Source: a virus (taxonomy: Duplodnaviria > Heunggongvirae > Uroviricota > Caudoviricetes). Taken from it: DNA of 42,021 nucleotides. Below, piece by piece: positions 1-10,399 of the stretch. The notes beneath the pieces were generated by a model. That model did not search any database and was not told the origin of the DNA. It saw only the letters and a list, made by a program, of their open reading frames with translations. The stretch lies in IMG/VR virus record IMGVR_UViG_2939147180_000007. One strand, 5' to 3'. Within the stretch, counting starts at the first letter, position 1. The number at the start of each line of letters is the position of its first letter. The position numbers were made by a program, and so were the translations under genes.

Positions 1-3000
1 TTAATGTTCGCTTCCTGTTAACTGCCGGACAAGTGCAACCAGTTCGCTTACCTGATTTTCCAGAGTGCTGATCCGGGTGCCTGCTGTTGCCAGATTTTGA
101 CGTAGCGTTGTGTTTTCCTCTTCCAGCGCGGTAACGCGATCATCTGTTTCACGGGCGACCTGAACAAGTAAACCCGTCACGGCGGCGTAGTCAACATTAA
201 GATAGCGCGTTTCTTCGCGTAGCTCGTTGCCGTCAACGGTCGGGCCTTGCAACTCTTCACCGTAATGGATGAATGAACCAACGGCCTCCGGGATGGCCTC
301 TTCAACTTCCTGGGCTATAACCCCGGCGCAATGTGCCCCATTCTCCTTGAGCGTGTACGTGTATCCATTAATTTTGCGGATTGCGTCAGTCGCGTTATCG
401 ATAATCTCGATATTTTCTTTCAGTCTGCGGTCTGATGACTGATTCAGTGTGGTGCAGTTAACACTTCCGTTTACAGTAAGGTTTTGCCCGTCTGTTGTTT
501 TTTGCGCATAAAACAGATACGCAGCAGACGTTCCAACCTCAAAAACGTTTTGTCGAGTACTGGAACCCCACACCCTGACAGAAAACGGTAGTTCTGCATT
601 ACCTGAGTTCTGTAAAACAAAACGATTGCCAGTCCCTGATTGTTTTGTAAGGGTTAAATCAACAGTTGAGTTAACCTCATTCCTGTTGATAGTGAGCGCC
701 TGCGCTGTAGCCCCGTTAACAGCACCTGTTTTGAGTTGAACCGTGCCGTCATTACCATTTAACAGTATCTCAGCTCCGCTAAAGAAATTTTTTAGCGACA
801 GCATCTTACTTACGCCGGCTGATGAACCCAACGCCCACGCGAGAGAATTACCGGTGCTATCAAACCCACGTACAAAGCAATCCATTTTGCTATAGTCTGA
901 CGTGCTTCCAAGGACATCAATCCGCCCTCCGCCAGATTTTACCGGACTAGATGTGGTTAACGACCTGACAGTTATATCCTGATTCCATCCGGAAACAACA
1001 ACCTGACTCCACGCTGTCCAGTTTCCATTAACAACAAAGCGAACGTATATACGTTTTGTGTCGTTGCTGATCAGCGTTTGCATGTTCGCATAATCCGAAG
1101 CAGAAACTTTGCGAGTCGACTCTACACGGAGCAAAAAGTTACCGGTTACACCGTCAGGCTTGTTGGTGATATTTGCACCACCTCCAGAGGATGGACAACT
1201 ATAGTATTTAACCGCCCCGGCATCTGACCTGATGGTCAGGTTGTTAAGATCAACCTTCTGGCCGCCAATGTTTTCCGGTTCGATAGCTCCTGCTATCCCG
1301 GCACTGAACGTAGCAGCGGCTGAAAACGCTGTCGTACCTTTGAAAGCCAGTTGACCACCAATCGTTAATCCCTTGTCGAGTTTCGCTTGCGTGATCAATT
1401 TGCTGTTTTGTTTCTGATCAGGACTCTCACCAAAAGCCAGATCCCCATTAGTATCAATTCCAAGATACTTTGGGTTCACGTTGTCTAACTTAAACCCAAT
1501 GGACACATTTTCAGAAGAACCAGAACGCGTTAAAACCAACGGCGTGTGCTGTACTCCATAGATGCTTAGCGTAGTTGCCGATGAGTCAGTGTCGGTATTT
1601 GCAATCTCAATCGTTCTGCTTTTAATTTTATACGCTACTGTGAGATCACGGACTTCAACCCTCCCGTCGTGACGAACAACAAGATCCCCTCCTGATGTCC
1701 CCCCTGCTGTCTTTGCCCTGATGCGAACTTCGCCAAGCGAATCAGTGTTAGGACCAGCATAGATTATGCCGCGCTCTGTGTTATCGCCAGTATAAAACCG
1801 CAAAGCGGTGACTCCACTGTCTGCCCGCAGGAAGACTGACGGCGTGTCTTTTTTGATTGTCAAGTCACCGGTCATTGTATCGCCGGTTTTTTTTACCTGC
1901 GCATCGTTCGTTACGTTGCCAAGTCCAACATCCGATTTCGACGGCTTGTTTGCCGAGCCGTATAGCTCATTGACGCTAAAAGTCCCGTTGTTAAGCCGGG
2001 CATCGTTGCCGGCATAGATCTTAATCTTCGCGGTTGAGTAGTCGATATTGATCGCTGACCACGTATCGCCGCACCGCGAGAATATACCAGAACCGTGGCT
2101 ATAAATGGTCGCCGTGCTTCCGGTCGGCTTATCACCGCGCCAGAAATGACCACCTTTGTCACGCAGAGCTTTTAAGATCTCTACATCGCTCATCTTGCCG
2201 TTTGTTGCTATCCCGCTACCGCCAAGACCGAAAGCGCCTGTAAGCATAGCATTAGAAAGACCCAAATCTGCTTTAGTCGGCTTGTTTACCTGGTCGTAAA
2301 TCCTTACAACGTTGCCTTCAATATATCCAGAAGGCGCGGCGGTTTGCTTAACAAATCCGTCTGGGATGTATAATTCTGTGCTTAGTGTTGTCTGCGCCAG
2401 CACCGCAACCTTTGCGTCGTTAATAAACGCACCCTGGAATGCCCAAACCTCAATAAAGCCGTCACCTTTAACCAGGCCGTAACGCATCTGGTTGTTATCG
2501 GTCAGCCCGGTTGACCCTAAGCGGCGTATACTCAGATGACGAGAAACATTATCCGCAGTAAGCGAAGAAGGCAGACCGCGCGCCGAGATCTCGATAAAGT
2601 CAATGTTTCCGTAAGGGGAGCCGTAGTTACCAGCGTTAGTAACCATTAGCGTTACATGACTTCTGCTGGTTCCAGGATCGGAAAGTTTCGCGATCTTGAT
2701 GTAAAGAGACTCACTAGCAGTAACAACAGGCCAATCGTATTGCGTCATCGGGCTGACGAGTCTCCCGACCTTGTCGAGATATTCTTTCGCCTTGTTCTCT
2801 GACGCTTTAGCGTTGGTTTCGCTGACCTTTGCTGCTGACTCACTATTTTTCGCGTTGGTTTCTGATTTTTTGGCTGCTGTCGCGGAATTTGCCGATGCAG
2901 TTTGTGAGTCTGCTGCCGCCTGTGCGCTGTTATCCGCATTCGTCTCAGACGTTTTTGCGGCCTTCGCGGAATTTCCTGCCGCCGTTGCCGAGGAAGCTGC

Positions 3001-3777
3001 ACTGCCGGCGCTCGAGGCTGCGCTCGTTTCTGATGATTTTGCCGCCACTTTTGAAGCCGACGCATCCCGGGCTGAGGTGGCAGCTTCTGACGCTTTCGTG
3101 GTCGCGGTGGATGCAGAAGTGGCCGCAGATTTTTGTGATGCTGCGGCATTCGTTTCTGACGTTTTCGCTGCACCGGCACTGGTGGCTGCCGCGCTTTTTG
3201 AAGACTCTGCAGCGGCAGCACTTTTTGATGCTTCAGTGGCCTTTGCTGATGCCGTTCCTGCGCTGGAAGACGCTGACTGAGCCGACGAAGCGGCCTGTCC
3301 GGCTGACGTGCTGGCTGCACGTGCTGAGCCTGCAGCATCAGTCGCACGGGTTGCCGCCTCACGGGCTGATGTGCTGGCATCACTGGCTGACTTCTTCGCG
3401 GCTGCTGTGTTCTGCGCCACTGCGGACGCGTTACGCGCCACCTCTTCCACCATCAGTTCAAAGCGGCGCAGTGCCTCCGGACGGACATCATCCTCCGTCA
3501 TGGCACCGAGAAAATCATTCAGCGTACCCGGTTGTGAGTCTTCATACACGGTGATGGTCCCGGCATGCGATGGCGGGAAGCCTTCCACCAACAGAATAAC
3601 GCTGTACTGACCGTACTCAACGTCCATGCTGTAACGCCCGGCTTCATCCGGGTTTTCTGAGGCCACTGTGTTCACCACCACCGTGGTGCTGTTGCGCCTG
3701 GCCTTTAGCTGAATGGTGCAGTTTTGTATCGGCTTACCTGCGCCATCTTTCAGTACACCTGAAATCCGTACTGCCAT
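1..3777 (-). CDS. stf: side tail fiber protein with Ala/Ser-rich repeat region and C-terminal intramolecular-chaperone-like domain
   Basis: 1258-aa ORF; N-terminus MAVRISGVLKDG...GFPPSHAGTITVYEDSQPGTLNDFL matches lambdoid Stf from memory; C-terminus ...SDRRLKENIEIIDNATDAIRKINGYTYTLKENGAHCAGVIAQEVEEAIP resembles self-cleaving endosialidase-type chaperone domains; stop codon at window bases 1-3. Confidence 0.9.
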   Translation of the reverse strand: MAVRISGVLKDGAGKPIQNCTIQLKARRNSTTVVVNTVASENPDEAGRYSMDVEYGQYSVILLVEGFPPSHAGTITVYEDSQPGTLNDFLGAMTEDDVRPEALRRFELMVEEVARNASAVAQNTAAAKKSASDASTSAREAATRATDAAGSARAASTSAGQAASSAQSASSSAGTASAKATEASKSAAAAESSKSAAATSAGAAKTSETNAAASQKSAATSASTATTKASEAATSARDASASKVAAKSSETSAASSAGSAASSATAAGNSAKAAKTSETNADNSAQAAADSQTASANSATAAKKSETNAKNSESAAKVSETNAKASENKAKEYLDKVGRLVSPMTQYDWPVVTASESLYIKIAKLSDPGTSRSHVTLMVTNAGNYGSPYGNIDFIEISARGLPSSLTADNVSRHLSIRRLGSTGLTDNNQMRYGLVKGDGFIEVWAFQGAFINDAKVAVLAQTTLSTELYIPDGFVKQTAAPSGYIEGNVVRIYDQVNKPTKADLGLSNAMLTGAFGLGGSGIATNGKMSDVEILKALRDKGGHFWRGDKPTGSTATIYSHGSGIFSRCGDTWSAINIDYSTAKIKIYAGNDARLNNGTFSVNELYGSANKPSKSDVGLGNVTNDAQVKKTGDTMTGDLTIKKDTPSVFLRADSGVTALRFYTGDNTERGIIYAGPNTDSLGEVRIRAKTAGGTSGGDLVVRHDGRVEVRDLTVAYKIKSRTIEIANTDTDSSATTLSIYGVQHTPLVLTRSGSSENVSIGFKLDNVNPKYLGIDTNGDLAFGESPDQKQNSKLITQAKLDKGLTIGGQLAFKGTTAFSAAATFSAGIAGAIEPENIGGQKVDLNNLTIRSDAGAVKYYSCPSSGGGANITNKPDGVTGNFLLRVESTRKVSASDYANMQTLISNDTKRIYVRFVVNGNWTAWSQVVVSGWNQDITVRSLTTSSPVKSGGGRIDVLGSTSDYSKMDCFVRGFDSTGNSLAWALGSSAGVSKMLSLKNFFSGAEILLNGNDGTVQLKTGAVNGATAQALTINRNEVNSTVDLTLTKQSGTGNRFVLQNSGNAELPFSVRVWGSSTRQNVFEVGTSAAYLFYAQKTTDGQNLTVNGSVNCTTLNQSSDRRLKENIEIIDNATDAIRKINGYTYTLKENGAHCAGVIAQEVEEAIPEAVGSFIHYGEELQGPTVDGNELREETRYLNVDYAAVTGLLVQVARETDDRVTALEEENTTLRQNLATAGTRISTLENQVSELVALVRQLTGSEH

Positions 3778-3788
3778 ATTCCCCCCAC

Positions 3789-3813
3789 AAAAAAACCCGC
3801 CTGAACCGGCGGG
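3789..3813 (-). terminator. intrinsic terminator downstream of lom
   Basis: GC hairpin CCCGCC/GGCGGG followed by a U-run on the minus strand, between lom stop and stf start. Confidence 0.6.
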
Positions 3814-3841
3814 CTGTCATAACACTGTGTTACCTGGCTAA

Positions 3842-4441
3842 TCAGAATTTATAACCGACACCCACGATGAAACCGTCAGTGCGCCAGTCACCACTGCCGG
3901 AACCTTCATAAGCAATATCAATGGCCACGGATTCGGTCGGGTTAAACTGCATGCCAGCCCCCCACGCCAGAGACGTGTTGCTGTGGCGACCGTCATCACT
4001 TCCGGTCAGCACGTCGTGCGTTTTCCCCTTGTTGTCAGTTACGCGGAGATAATCCCCGGAGAAAGTCGACACACGGCTGTAAGCCATACCCGCCATCGCA
4101 TACGCGCTGAACCATTCATTCACGCGCACAGACGGCCCCGCCATCACGCTGAACCAGCGGTTACGAACGGAATCTTCATGCCAGCGGGTATCGCTGTAAC
4201 GGGTCAGCTGGCGATTCTTGTCTCCTGCATAGCTGAATGAGGTCACCATCCCCAGTGTGTCCGTAAACTCATAACGGTATTTCACGTTAATCCCGTTCAG
4301 ATCATCGCTGCCGGGAACGTTCGTCCGGGCATGAAGATACCCCGCGCTCAGCGTGGACTGATGTTCAGACGCCCATGCAGGCGCACCGGATACGGCCAGA
4401 CAGATGGCTGCGGACAAAATTGCTGCACAAACTTTACGCAT
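3842..4441 (-). CDS. lom: Lom outer membrane protein (Ail/Lom family)
   Basis: 199-aa ORF with signal peptide MRKVCAAILSAAICLAVSGAPAWA and beta-barrel-like sequence ending GVGYKF; position between J and stf as in lambda. Confidence 0.93.
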   Translation of the reverse strand: MRKVCAAILSAAICLAVSGAPAWASEHQSTLSAGYLHARTNVPGSDDLNGINVKYRYEFTDTLGMVTSFSYAGDKNRQLTRYSDTRWHEDSVRNRWFSVMAGPSVRVNEWFSAYAMAGMAYSRVSTFSGDYLRVTDNKGKTHDVLTGSDDGRHSNTSLAWGAGMQFNPTESVAIDIAYEGSGSGDWRTDGFIVGVGYKF

Positions 4442-4461
4442 AATTACCTCTCGCTTTTCTG

Positions 4462-4489
4462 CAATAAAAAAGGCGTCATTTCTGACGCC
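4462..4489 (-). terminator. intrinsic terminator downstream of J
   Basis: hairpin GGCGTCA/TGACGCC followed by a U-run on the minus strand, just before the lom RBS. Confidence 0.6.
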
Positions 4490-4507
4490 CGTTCTGGGTT
4501 ATAAAAT

Positions 4508-7500
4508 TCAGCTGATACTGATACCTGCTGTGGATTTTTTCATCACCACAACCAGCAGATCGCTGATACTGGTTGTTGGTGTCCAGTTATTCGCTCCTGA
4601 TGAAGATACGGTGAATGTCAGTGTCAGCGTCCCCTGTCCGGCAGGCATATCTATAACGGAGGAAAATACGCCCTGAGCATCCGTCGTGGACTGATTAAAA
4701 ATCTCCTGACCATTGCGGGTCACTCTTAACCGGCAGGTTGAATACCAGTATGACTGTTGGTTATTACTGTTGAAATTCTCATGCTTACCACCGCGGAATA
4801 ACACTGGCGGTATCATGACCTGCCGGTCAAATTTCTGATCATCACTGATTCTTACCGTGATGGTGCCACTGGCATAACTGTTCGTGCGGGGGAAAGACTT
4901 GCTGACCGTTTTGACAATATCGCCTTCAATCTGATTGGCTGACAGTTTCCCCTTAATCTGACAGTTCTCATTAATCGTGACATTGTTGAGCGTCCCGGCG
5001 TTCGCATTCACACTGCCACTGATATCCGCATTTTTCGCCGTCAGTCGCCCGTCCGGTGTAAGGGAAAATGCAGGAGGATTACCGCCGCTGGTAATGGTGG
5101 GAGCCGTCAGATATTTCAGGAACACGTCGTTCATGAATATCTGATCACCCTGACCAACAAACATCGGCTTTGTGTTGCCATTCGCAGGATTAATCATCGC
5201 AATCCTGTCTGCCGCCAGCAGCACCTGACTCTGCATTCCTGCTGGCGTATTCTCAATACCGGCACCGATACCCGCAATATAAAGGCGTCCGTCCTGCATC
5301 TGCTGCAGCTTCACAGCCCACATGCTGTTCAGGTTATTATTTGTATCAACCTGAACCTTCTGTATCTGCTGAATTGCCGCACTCTGGTCTTCCAGTTTCT
5401 TATTGACGGTCTGTGTGATTTCATTGCTGACATCCGTAATGGATGTCCTGATTTCAGCCAGGTCAGGCGCAAGCTGACCGTTATCAATCTGCGTCCACAG
5501 CTCCTGAGCCAGATGGGTTTTCCCTATCTCGCCTTTGAAAAAATCCAGATAGCCGGATGCGTCATCACTCGGCTGACCAACAGCCTCCACGAATGCCGAT
5601 TTGCCAACGGTGTTCACACTGCGAACGTAAAAATAATAATTATGGCCCGGTTTGATATTGATACTGGCGGCTATCCAGTACAACGCCGTACCAAGATAGC
5701 GTGCTGTGGTTTCAACCTGCCTGATATCCGCAATCCGCTTTTCCGAGAACCAGAACTCAAACTGTACCGTCGGATCATAAACCGCAAGATGCGGCGTGGC
5801 GGTTATCTGAAAATAGCCCGGCGTCAGCTCAATCCGCGACGGCGCTGCCGGTGCGGCAATCCGGAACGATACCGACGCCGGATCGCCCTGCTGCCCCCAC
5901 GCATTTACTGCCCGGACTGTCAGCCTGTAGTTCCCCAGAGCCAGTTGTGTGAAGCGGTAAGTGGTTTCCGTCGTCCGGGCCGTGCTGACCAGCCGCTCAC
6001 TGCCGTCATCCGCTGCCACGGTCAGGCGAAGCAGGAAGCTCACGCCCTTCACCACCTTCGGCGTGTCCCAGCGGGCCAGCACCTGGTATTCCCCGCTGTC
6101 TGCGGTGACTTCTGCGGTCAGATGCTGCACTGCTGGCGGCGTGACACCGTTTACCGTTCCGCTCTGGTCGCCGTCAAAGTGCGCCCCGTTATCCACGATG
6201 GCTTCTTTCTCCGGTACATGCTGCACGGCAGTGATGGCATACGTGCCGTCATCGTTCTCACGGATACTCACACAGCGGAACAGGCGCTGGCGCAACGTCG
6301 GCAGCTTCAGCCCCCATATGCTGTATCCGGCAACGCCGTCAGGAACCCGGTTCACTTTCACCTTAAGTCCGTCGGTGACGGACTGAACCTCCACGCTGGC
6401 CGGATTGCCACTTCCGTCAACCAGGCTTATCAGCGTGGTGCCGGAGGATGGCAGCGTGATTTCACGGTCGAGCGTCAGCGTCCGGGTCCGGCTGTTCACC
6501 GCCAGCACGCGCCCACCGGTGCTGATACCGGCATAGTCATCATCGCAGATTTCAATAACATCACCTGGTACATGGCGAAGCCCTTCTGCGCCCACGCTGA
6601 AGTCCACGGTCTGCGTTTCCAGCAGTTCTGTTTTAATCAGCCACAGCCCGGCGCGGTGCGCCTGCCCCCGGCTGGTACAGCCAAAGGCATCCATTTTCGT
6701 GACGTTACGACCGTAACGGGCAATGGCCTGCGTGTCCTCCACAAGCTCTGTCGCCGTCTCCCAGCCGTTATCCGGGTCAATCCAGTTCACCTCAACGGCA
6801 TTATGGCGGTCCTTCAGGGCGCTGAAGCTGTAGCGGAACGGCGCGCCATCATCCGGCATCACCACATTACTGCGGTTATAGGTCCACACCTTATCTGATG
6901 GTCGGTCCTGCACGAACGTCAGCGTCTGCCCGTTCCATACCGGCATACAGCGCATCGCCGAGCAGAAATCACTGAGCACATCCCAGGCCTTGCGCTGTGT
7001 GGTCAGGTACGCATTACAGGTGATGCGCGGCTCCGTGCCGCCAAAGCCGTCCGGCACCGACTGGTCGCAATTCTGGCCGATGACATACAGCGCCCATTTA
7101 TCCACATCTGCCGCACCAAGACGTTTCCCCATGCCGTAGCGCGGGTGGGTCAGCATATCCCACAGACACCAGGCCATGTTGTTGCTGTATGCCGGTTTAA
7201 ACGTTCCGTCCCAGATACCGCTGTATTGCCGCGTCTGCGGGTTATAATTCGACGGCACCTGCAGAATACGCCCGCGCAGATGATAATTACGGCTCACCTG
7301 CTGGCTGCCGAACTGCTCCGAATCCACCTGTACGCCGACCAGTGCCGTGTTCGGGTAGCACTGTTTCACATCGATGATTTCGGTGTATGACGACCAGAGC
7401 GTTTTGTTCTGCAGCTGGTCTGTGGTGCTGTCCGGTGTCATCCTGCGCATCCGGATATTGAACGGGCGCGGAGGCAGGTTATCCACCACCACCGAGGCCA

Positions 7501-7990
7501 GATACTGCGAGGTGGTTTTGCCCTTAATGGTGATGTCTTTTTCCGTCACCCAGCCACCGTTACGCTGTATCTGAACCAGCAGGCGGACTTCCGACGGATT
7601 CCTGTCTCCCTTTGAGGTGGTTTCCACCAGTGCCTGCACACCGAAGGTAAAGCGCAGACGGTCGATGTTTGCAGACGTAATGGTGCGGGTGATCGGCGTG
7701 TCATATTTCACTTCCGTACCCAGCACCGTCTCGGAGCCGGAGGATTCAAACCCCTCCGGCGGTGTCTGCTCCTGCTCACCGGCACGGAACACCACCGTGA
7801 CACCGGAGATGTTGGTATTCCCCTCAGTGTCCAGCACCGGCGTACTGTTCAGCAGCACGCTTTTTAATCCATCCACCGGACCTTCAACCGGCCCTTCGCT
7901 GATGGCATCGATCACACTCAGCAACTGCGTGGACTTCAGGTTGTCCTTCGCTTCGCGCGGGGTATGCCCCTTACTGCTGCCTTTACCCAT
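4508..7990 (-). CDS. J: tail tip / host specificity protein J
   Basis: 1160-aa ORF; N-terminus [34 protein letters not shown] matches lambda J from memory; C-terminal third appears divergent from lambda. Confidence 0.95.
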   Translation of the reverse strand: MGKGSSKGHTPREAKDNLKSTQLLSVIDAISEGPVEGPVDGLKSVLLNSTPVLDTEGNTNISGVTVVFRAGEQEQTPPEGFESSGSETVLGTEVKYDTPITRTITSANIDRLRFTFGVQALVETTSKGDRNPSEVRLLVQIQRNGGWVTEKDITIKGKTTSQYLASVVVDNLPPRPFNIRMRRMTPDSTTDQLQNKTLWSSYTEIIDVKQCYPNTALVGVQVDSEQFGSQQVSRNYHLRGRILQVPSNYNPQTRQYSGIWDGTFKPAYSNNMAWCLWDMLTHPRYGMGKRLGAADVDKWALYVIGQNCDQSVPDGFGGTEPRITCNAYLTTQRKAWDVLSDFCSAMRCMPVWNGQTLTFVQDRPSDKVWTYNRSNVVMPDDGAPFRYSFSALKDRHNAVEVNWIDPDNGWETATELVEDTQAIARYGRNVTKMDAFGCTSRGQAHRAGLWLIKTELLETQTVDFSVGAEGLRHVPGDVIEICDDDYAGISTGGRVLAVNSRTRTLTLDREITLPSSGTTLISLVDGSGNPASVEVQSVTDGLKVKVNRVPDGVAGYSIWGLKLPTLRQRLFRCVSIRENDDGTYAITAVQHVPEKEAIVDNGAHFDGDQSGTVNGVTPPAVQHLTAEVTADSGEYQVLARWDTPKVVKGVSFLLRLTVAADDGSERLVSTARTTETTYRFTQLALGNYRLTVRAVNAWGQQGDPASVSFRIAAPAAPSRIELTPGYFQITATPHLAVYDPTVQFEFWFSEKRIADIRQVETTARYLGTALYWIAASINIKPGHNYYFYVRSVNTVGKSAFVEAVGQPSDDASGYLDFFKGEIGKTHLAQELWTQIDNGQLAPDLAEIRTSITDVSNEITQTVNKKLEDQSAAIQQIQKVQVDTNNNLNSMWAVKLQQMQDGRLYIAGIGAGIENTPAGMQSQVLLAADRIAMINPANGNTKPMFVGQGDQIFMNDVFLKYLTAPTITSGGNPPAFSLTPDGRLTAKNADISGSVNANAGTLNNVTINENCQIKGKLSANQIEGDIVKTVSKSFPRTNSYASGTITVRISDDQKFDRQVMIPPVLFRGGKHENFNSNNQQSYWYSTCRLRVTRNGQEIFNQSTTDAQGVFSSVIDMPAGQGTLTLTFTVSSSGANNWTPTTSISDLLVVVMKKSTAGISIS

Positions 7991-8050
7991 TCCTCACGCT
8001 CCATAAACGACAAAACCGCCCGGAGGCGGTTTCACATAAAACATTTTGCC

Positions 8051-8698
8051 TCAGCGACCAATCACCACAACCTGACCACCGTCCCCTTCGTCTGCCGTGC
8101 TGATCTCCTGAGAAACCACCCGCGACCCCACGCGCATTTCACCGTACAGAACAGGCAGAACATTGCCCTGGGCAACCATGTTATCCAGTGACGAGAAATA
8201 CGTGTTCTGCTTACCGTTATCCGTGCTGGTCGTTGTTGCGGTACTGGCTTTCGGTGCCAGCATCTGCGCCACACCGCCAAGGATCATACTGGCCCCCGCA
8301 GCATACATGCCCGATAAAGCCGCAGCTCCCAGCCAGCCTGCAGGGTTCCACCACGCCACTGCAATCAGCGCCGCACCCAGCACCGCCTGAAACACACCGC
8401 CACTTTTTGCTCCCGCAAGACGCGGAACGATGTGGATCACGGCACCATTTTTCAGCGGCTCATTAAGACGGGCTGATAATTCGTTTTCGCCTGCATCACG
8501 CCCGGCAATGCGCACCTGATACCAGCCCTCATTCAGTTTCTGACGAAACGCCGGGATCTGCATGGCCAGCGCCCGGATGGCTTCGGCCCCCGTTTTCACA
8601 CGAAGGTCGATGCGGCGGCCAAATCGTTGCAAATCCCCGTAAAGGCAGATACGTGCCATGCCCGGTGACGCCAGAGGGAGTGTGTGCGTCGCTGCCAT
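8051..8698 (-). CDS. I: tail assembly protein I
   Basis: 215-aa ORF MAATHTLPLASPGMARICLYGDLQRF..., lambda I-like; synteny between K and J. Confidence 0.88.
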   Translation of the reverse strand: MAATHTLPLASPGMARICLYGDLQRFGRRIDLRVKTGAEAIRALAMQIPAFRQKLNEGWYQVRIAGRDAGENELSARLNEPLKNGAVIHIVPRLAGAKSGGVFQAVLGAALIAVAWWNPAGWLGAAALSGMYAAGASMILGGVAQMLAPKASTATTTSTDNGKQNTYFSSLDNMVAQGNVLPVLYGEMRVGSRVVSQEISTADEGDGGQVVVIGR

Positions 8699-9339
8699 TT
8701 GTCGGTATACCTCTCTCGTTTGCTCAGCTGTTCAGGAATATGGTGCAGCAGCTCGCCGTCGCCGCAGTAAATAGCGGCATGATTCGGCACCGATGAACCA
8801 AAACAGCACAGCAGCACATCGCCCGGCTGCGCCGCTGACAACGGCACCTGATACAGCCCCGTTGCCTCCATATTATCCAGATAGAGATTCTGACCGTGAC
8901 GCCACCAGTCATCCTCACGATGAAAATCAGGCATCTCAATTCCCGCCAGATGGTAAGCATCCCGGAACAGCGTGTAACAGTCCGTCACCCCGTGCTCAAA
9001 GCGCCGCCCGGTAAGATGTGGCACACAGCGGAACTTGTGAATCGCCCCCCGGCAGACCAGCCACCACGGCAAATCACTCTGCACCTGCAGCCGCCGGTCG
9101 GCCTCACTCAGCCAGGGCAGAGCACCGGGGTGACTGTGGACCAGCGCCACAATCTCACCCTGCATTTCTGCCCGCAGCCAGTCCTCCGGAGCCATCCGGA
9201 AATACGCCTCCGGCTCACCGGAGATATTCACGCAGGGAAAATATCTTTCCCCTTCCGGCGTTCTCACCACGAAGCCGCACGACTCCGCTGGCGCACATCG
9301 CCGGGCGTGCGCCAGAATCGCTGATTCTGTCTCTGTCAT
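8596..9339 (-). CDS. K: tail protein K (NlpC/P60 and MPN-like domains)
   Basis: 247-aa ORF with HSHP motif (ALVHSHPG) and a Cys/His peptidase-like C-terminus; overlaps I start as in lambda. Confidence 0.88.
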   Translation of the reverse strand: MTETESAILAHARRCAPAESCGFVVRTPEGERYFPCVNISGEPEAYFRMAPEDWLRAEMQGEIVALVHSHPGALPWLSEADRRLQVQSDLPWWLVCRGAIHKFRCVPHLTGRRFEHGVTDCYTLFRDAYHLAGIEMPDFHREDDWWRHGQNLYLDNMEATGLYQVPLSAAQPGDVLLCCFGSSVPNHAAIYCGDGELLHHIPEQLSKRERYTDKWQRRTHSLWRHRAWHVSAFTGICNDLAAASTFV

Positions 9340-9344
9340 GGGAT

Positions 9345-10043
9345 TTACTGCGAAAGTTTGTTAATGGAAAGGAAGCCGCCAAAGTTGCCGACGTTATTGC
9401 GAAACTTACAGCCACTCAGGCATTTGCTGCATTTATCCTTCGTGATATCGGACGTCGGCTGATCATATTCATCCGCGACCGCCGGACCGTGATAACCGCA
9501 CTCATCACCGCGATAGGTCCAGGTGCAGGTATTAGCCAGCATGATGCGCCCCGGAAAAACAGCGCCGTCCGTTTCCGTCGGCGTGGACAGTACAAAGGAG
9601 GCACTGACCGCGCTCAGTTCGCTGCACTGCTCAATGCGCCAGCGGCTGATTACCTCCTGCTCCGGATCGGCGTCACTGTTTCCGTTGACGAAGTTCACCG
9701 CATCCAGAAAACGGGCGTAAACCTTACGCCTGACCACCGTTCCGCCGACCAGACTCTGCAGGTCTTCCGCTATGCCGGTGACCATGCCGTGCAGGTTAGA
9801 GACTTTCAGCGTTGGTCTTGCACTGGCTCCTTTGCCGTTCATCTCAAAGCCGCTTCCCTGAATAGGGTACGCCTGATACTGTCGCCCCTGCCAGGTGACC
9901 GACTCACCTTTTTCGTTCTGCTCATTACAGAAAAAATAACGTTCTCCGCCGACCTCTGTCAGATCAATTTCCCAGAGCACGACCAGCGCGGATTGCTCCG
10001 TTTTAGTGCATTCATTGAGTGTTTCCTGCTGTATATCCTGCAT
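9345..10043 (-). CDS. L: minor tail protein L
   Basis: 232-aa ORF, same length and position as lambda L. Confidence 0.85.
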   Translation of the reverse strand: MQDIQQETLNECTKTEQSALVVLWEIDLTEVGGERYFFCNEQNEKGESVTWQGRQYQAYPIQGSGFEMNGKGASARPTLKVSNLHGMVTGIAEDLQSLVGGTVVRRKVYARFLDAVNFVNGNSDADPEQEVISRWRIEQCSELSAVSASFVLSTPTETDGAVFPGRIMLANTCTWTYRGDECGYHGPAVADEYDQPTSDITKDKCSKCLSGCKFRNNVGNFGGFLSINKLSQ

Positions 10044-10399
10044 CAGTGAGTGACCTCTTCAAAGGTACAGTTAAAATCGGTATACATGGCATTATCCGAA
10101 ATGCTCCACTCCCTGCAGACAACCCGGACAGTCCTGTTGTGTTTTGGCGGACGCCACAAAAAAGCACGAATCCCGGCATGACGGGATAAAAAACTGTCCA
10201 GCGCGGCACGGGAATATTCATCTGTGACACGAAATACCGGTTTAAACGTTTTCAGATCCGCATTCAGGCCACCAGCCCGTCGCTGTTCATATCCGTCACC
10301 AAACTTTACCGTAATAACTGATGGCTTTCGTGTCGTCTCCATCCCCTCACGGGGGATCCAGTTAAAAACTTCAGGCTCAGGCACTGTACAATCCTCCAT
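10043..10399 (-). CDS. M: minor tail protein M
   Basis: track ORF 10043..10429; start placed at internal Met (MEDCTVPEPEV...) by alignment to lambda M motif VKFGDGYEQR; overlaps H end. Confidence 0.75.
   Translation of the reverse strand: MEDCTVPEPEVFNWIPREGMETTRKPSVITVKFGDGYEQRRAGGLNADLKTFKPVFRVTDEYSRAALDSFLSRHAGIRAFLWRPPKHNRTVRVVCREWSISDNAMYTDFNCTFEEVTH

Noticed and set aside
2745-3610. Cluster of plus- and minus-strand ORFs (212, 169, 241 and 100 aa) overlapping the tail fiber gene
   Set aside because: They lie in the Ala/Ser-rich repeat region of stf, where low-complexity GC-rich sequence gives open frames on several strands; products are Pro/Arg/Ala-rich nonsense.
5513-6898. 461-aa plus-strand ORF inside J
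   Set aside because: Antisense shadow ORF within a well-supported, conserved gene; Arg/Cys/Pro-rich product with no domain-like features.
9018-10049. 343-aa plus-strand ORF spanning K and L
   Set aside because: Antisense to two conserved tail genes; Pro/Ala/Arg-rich low-complexity translation.
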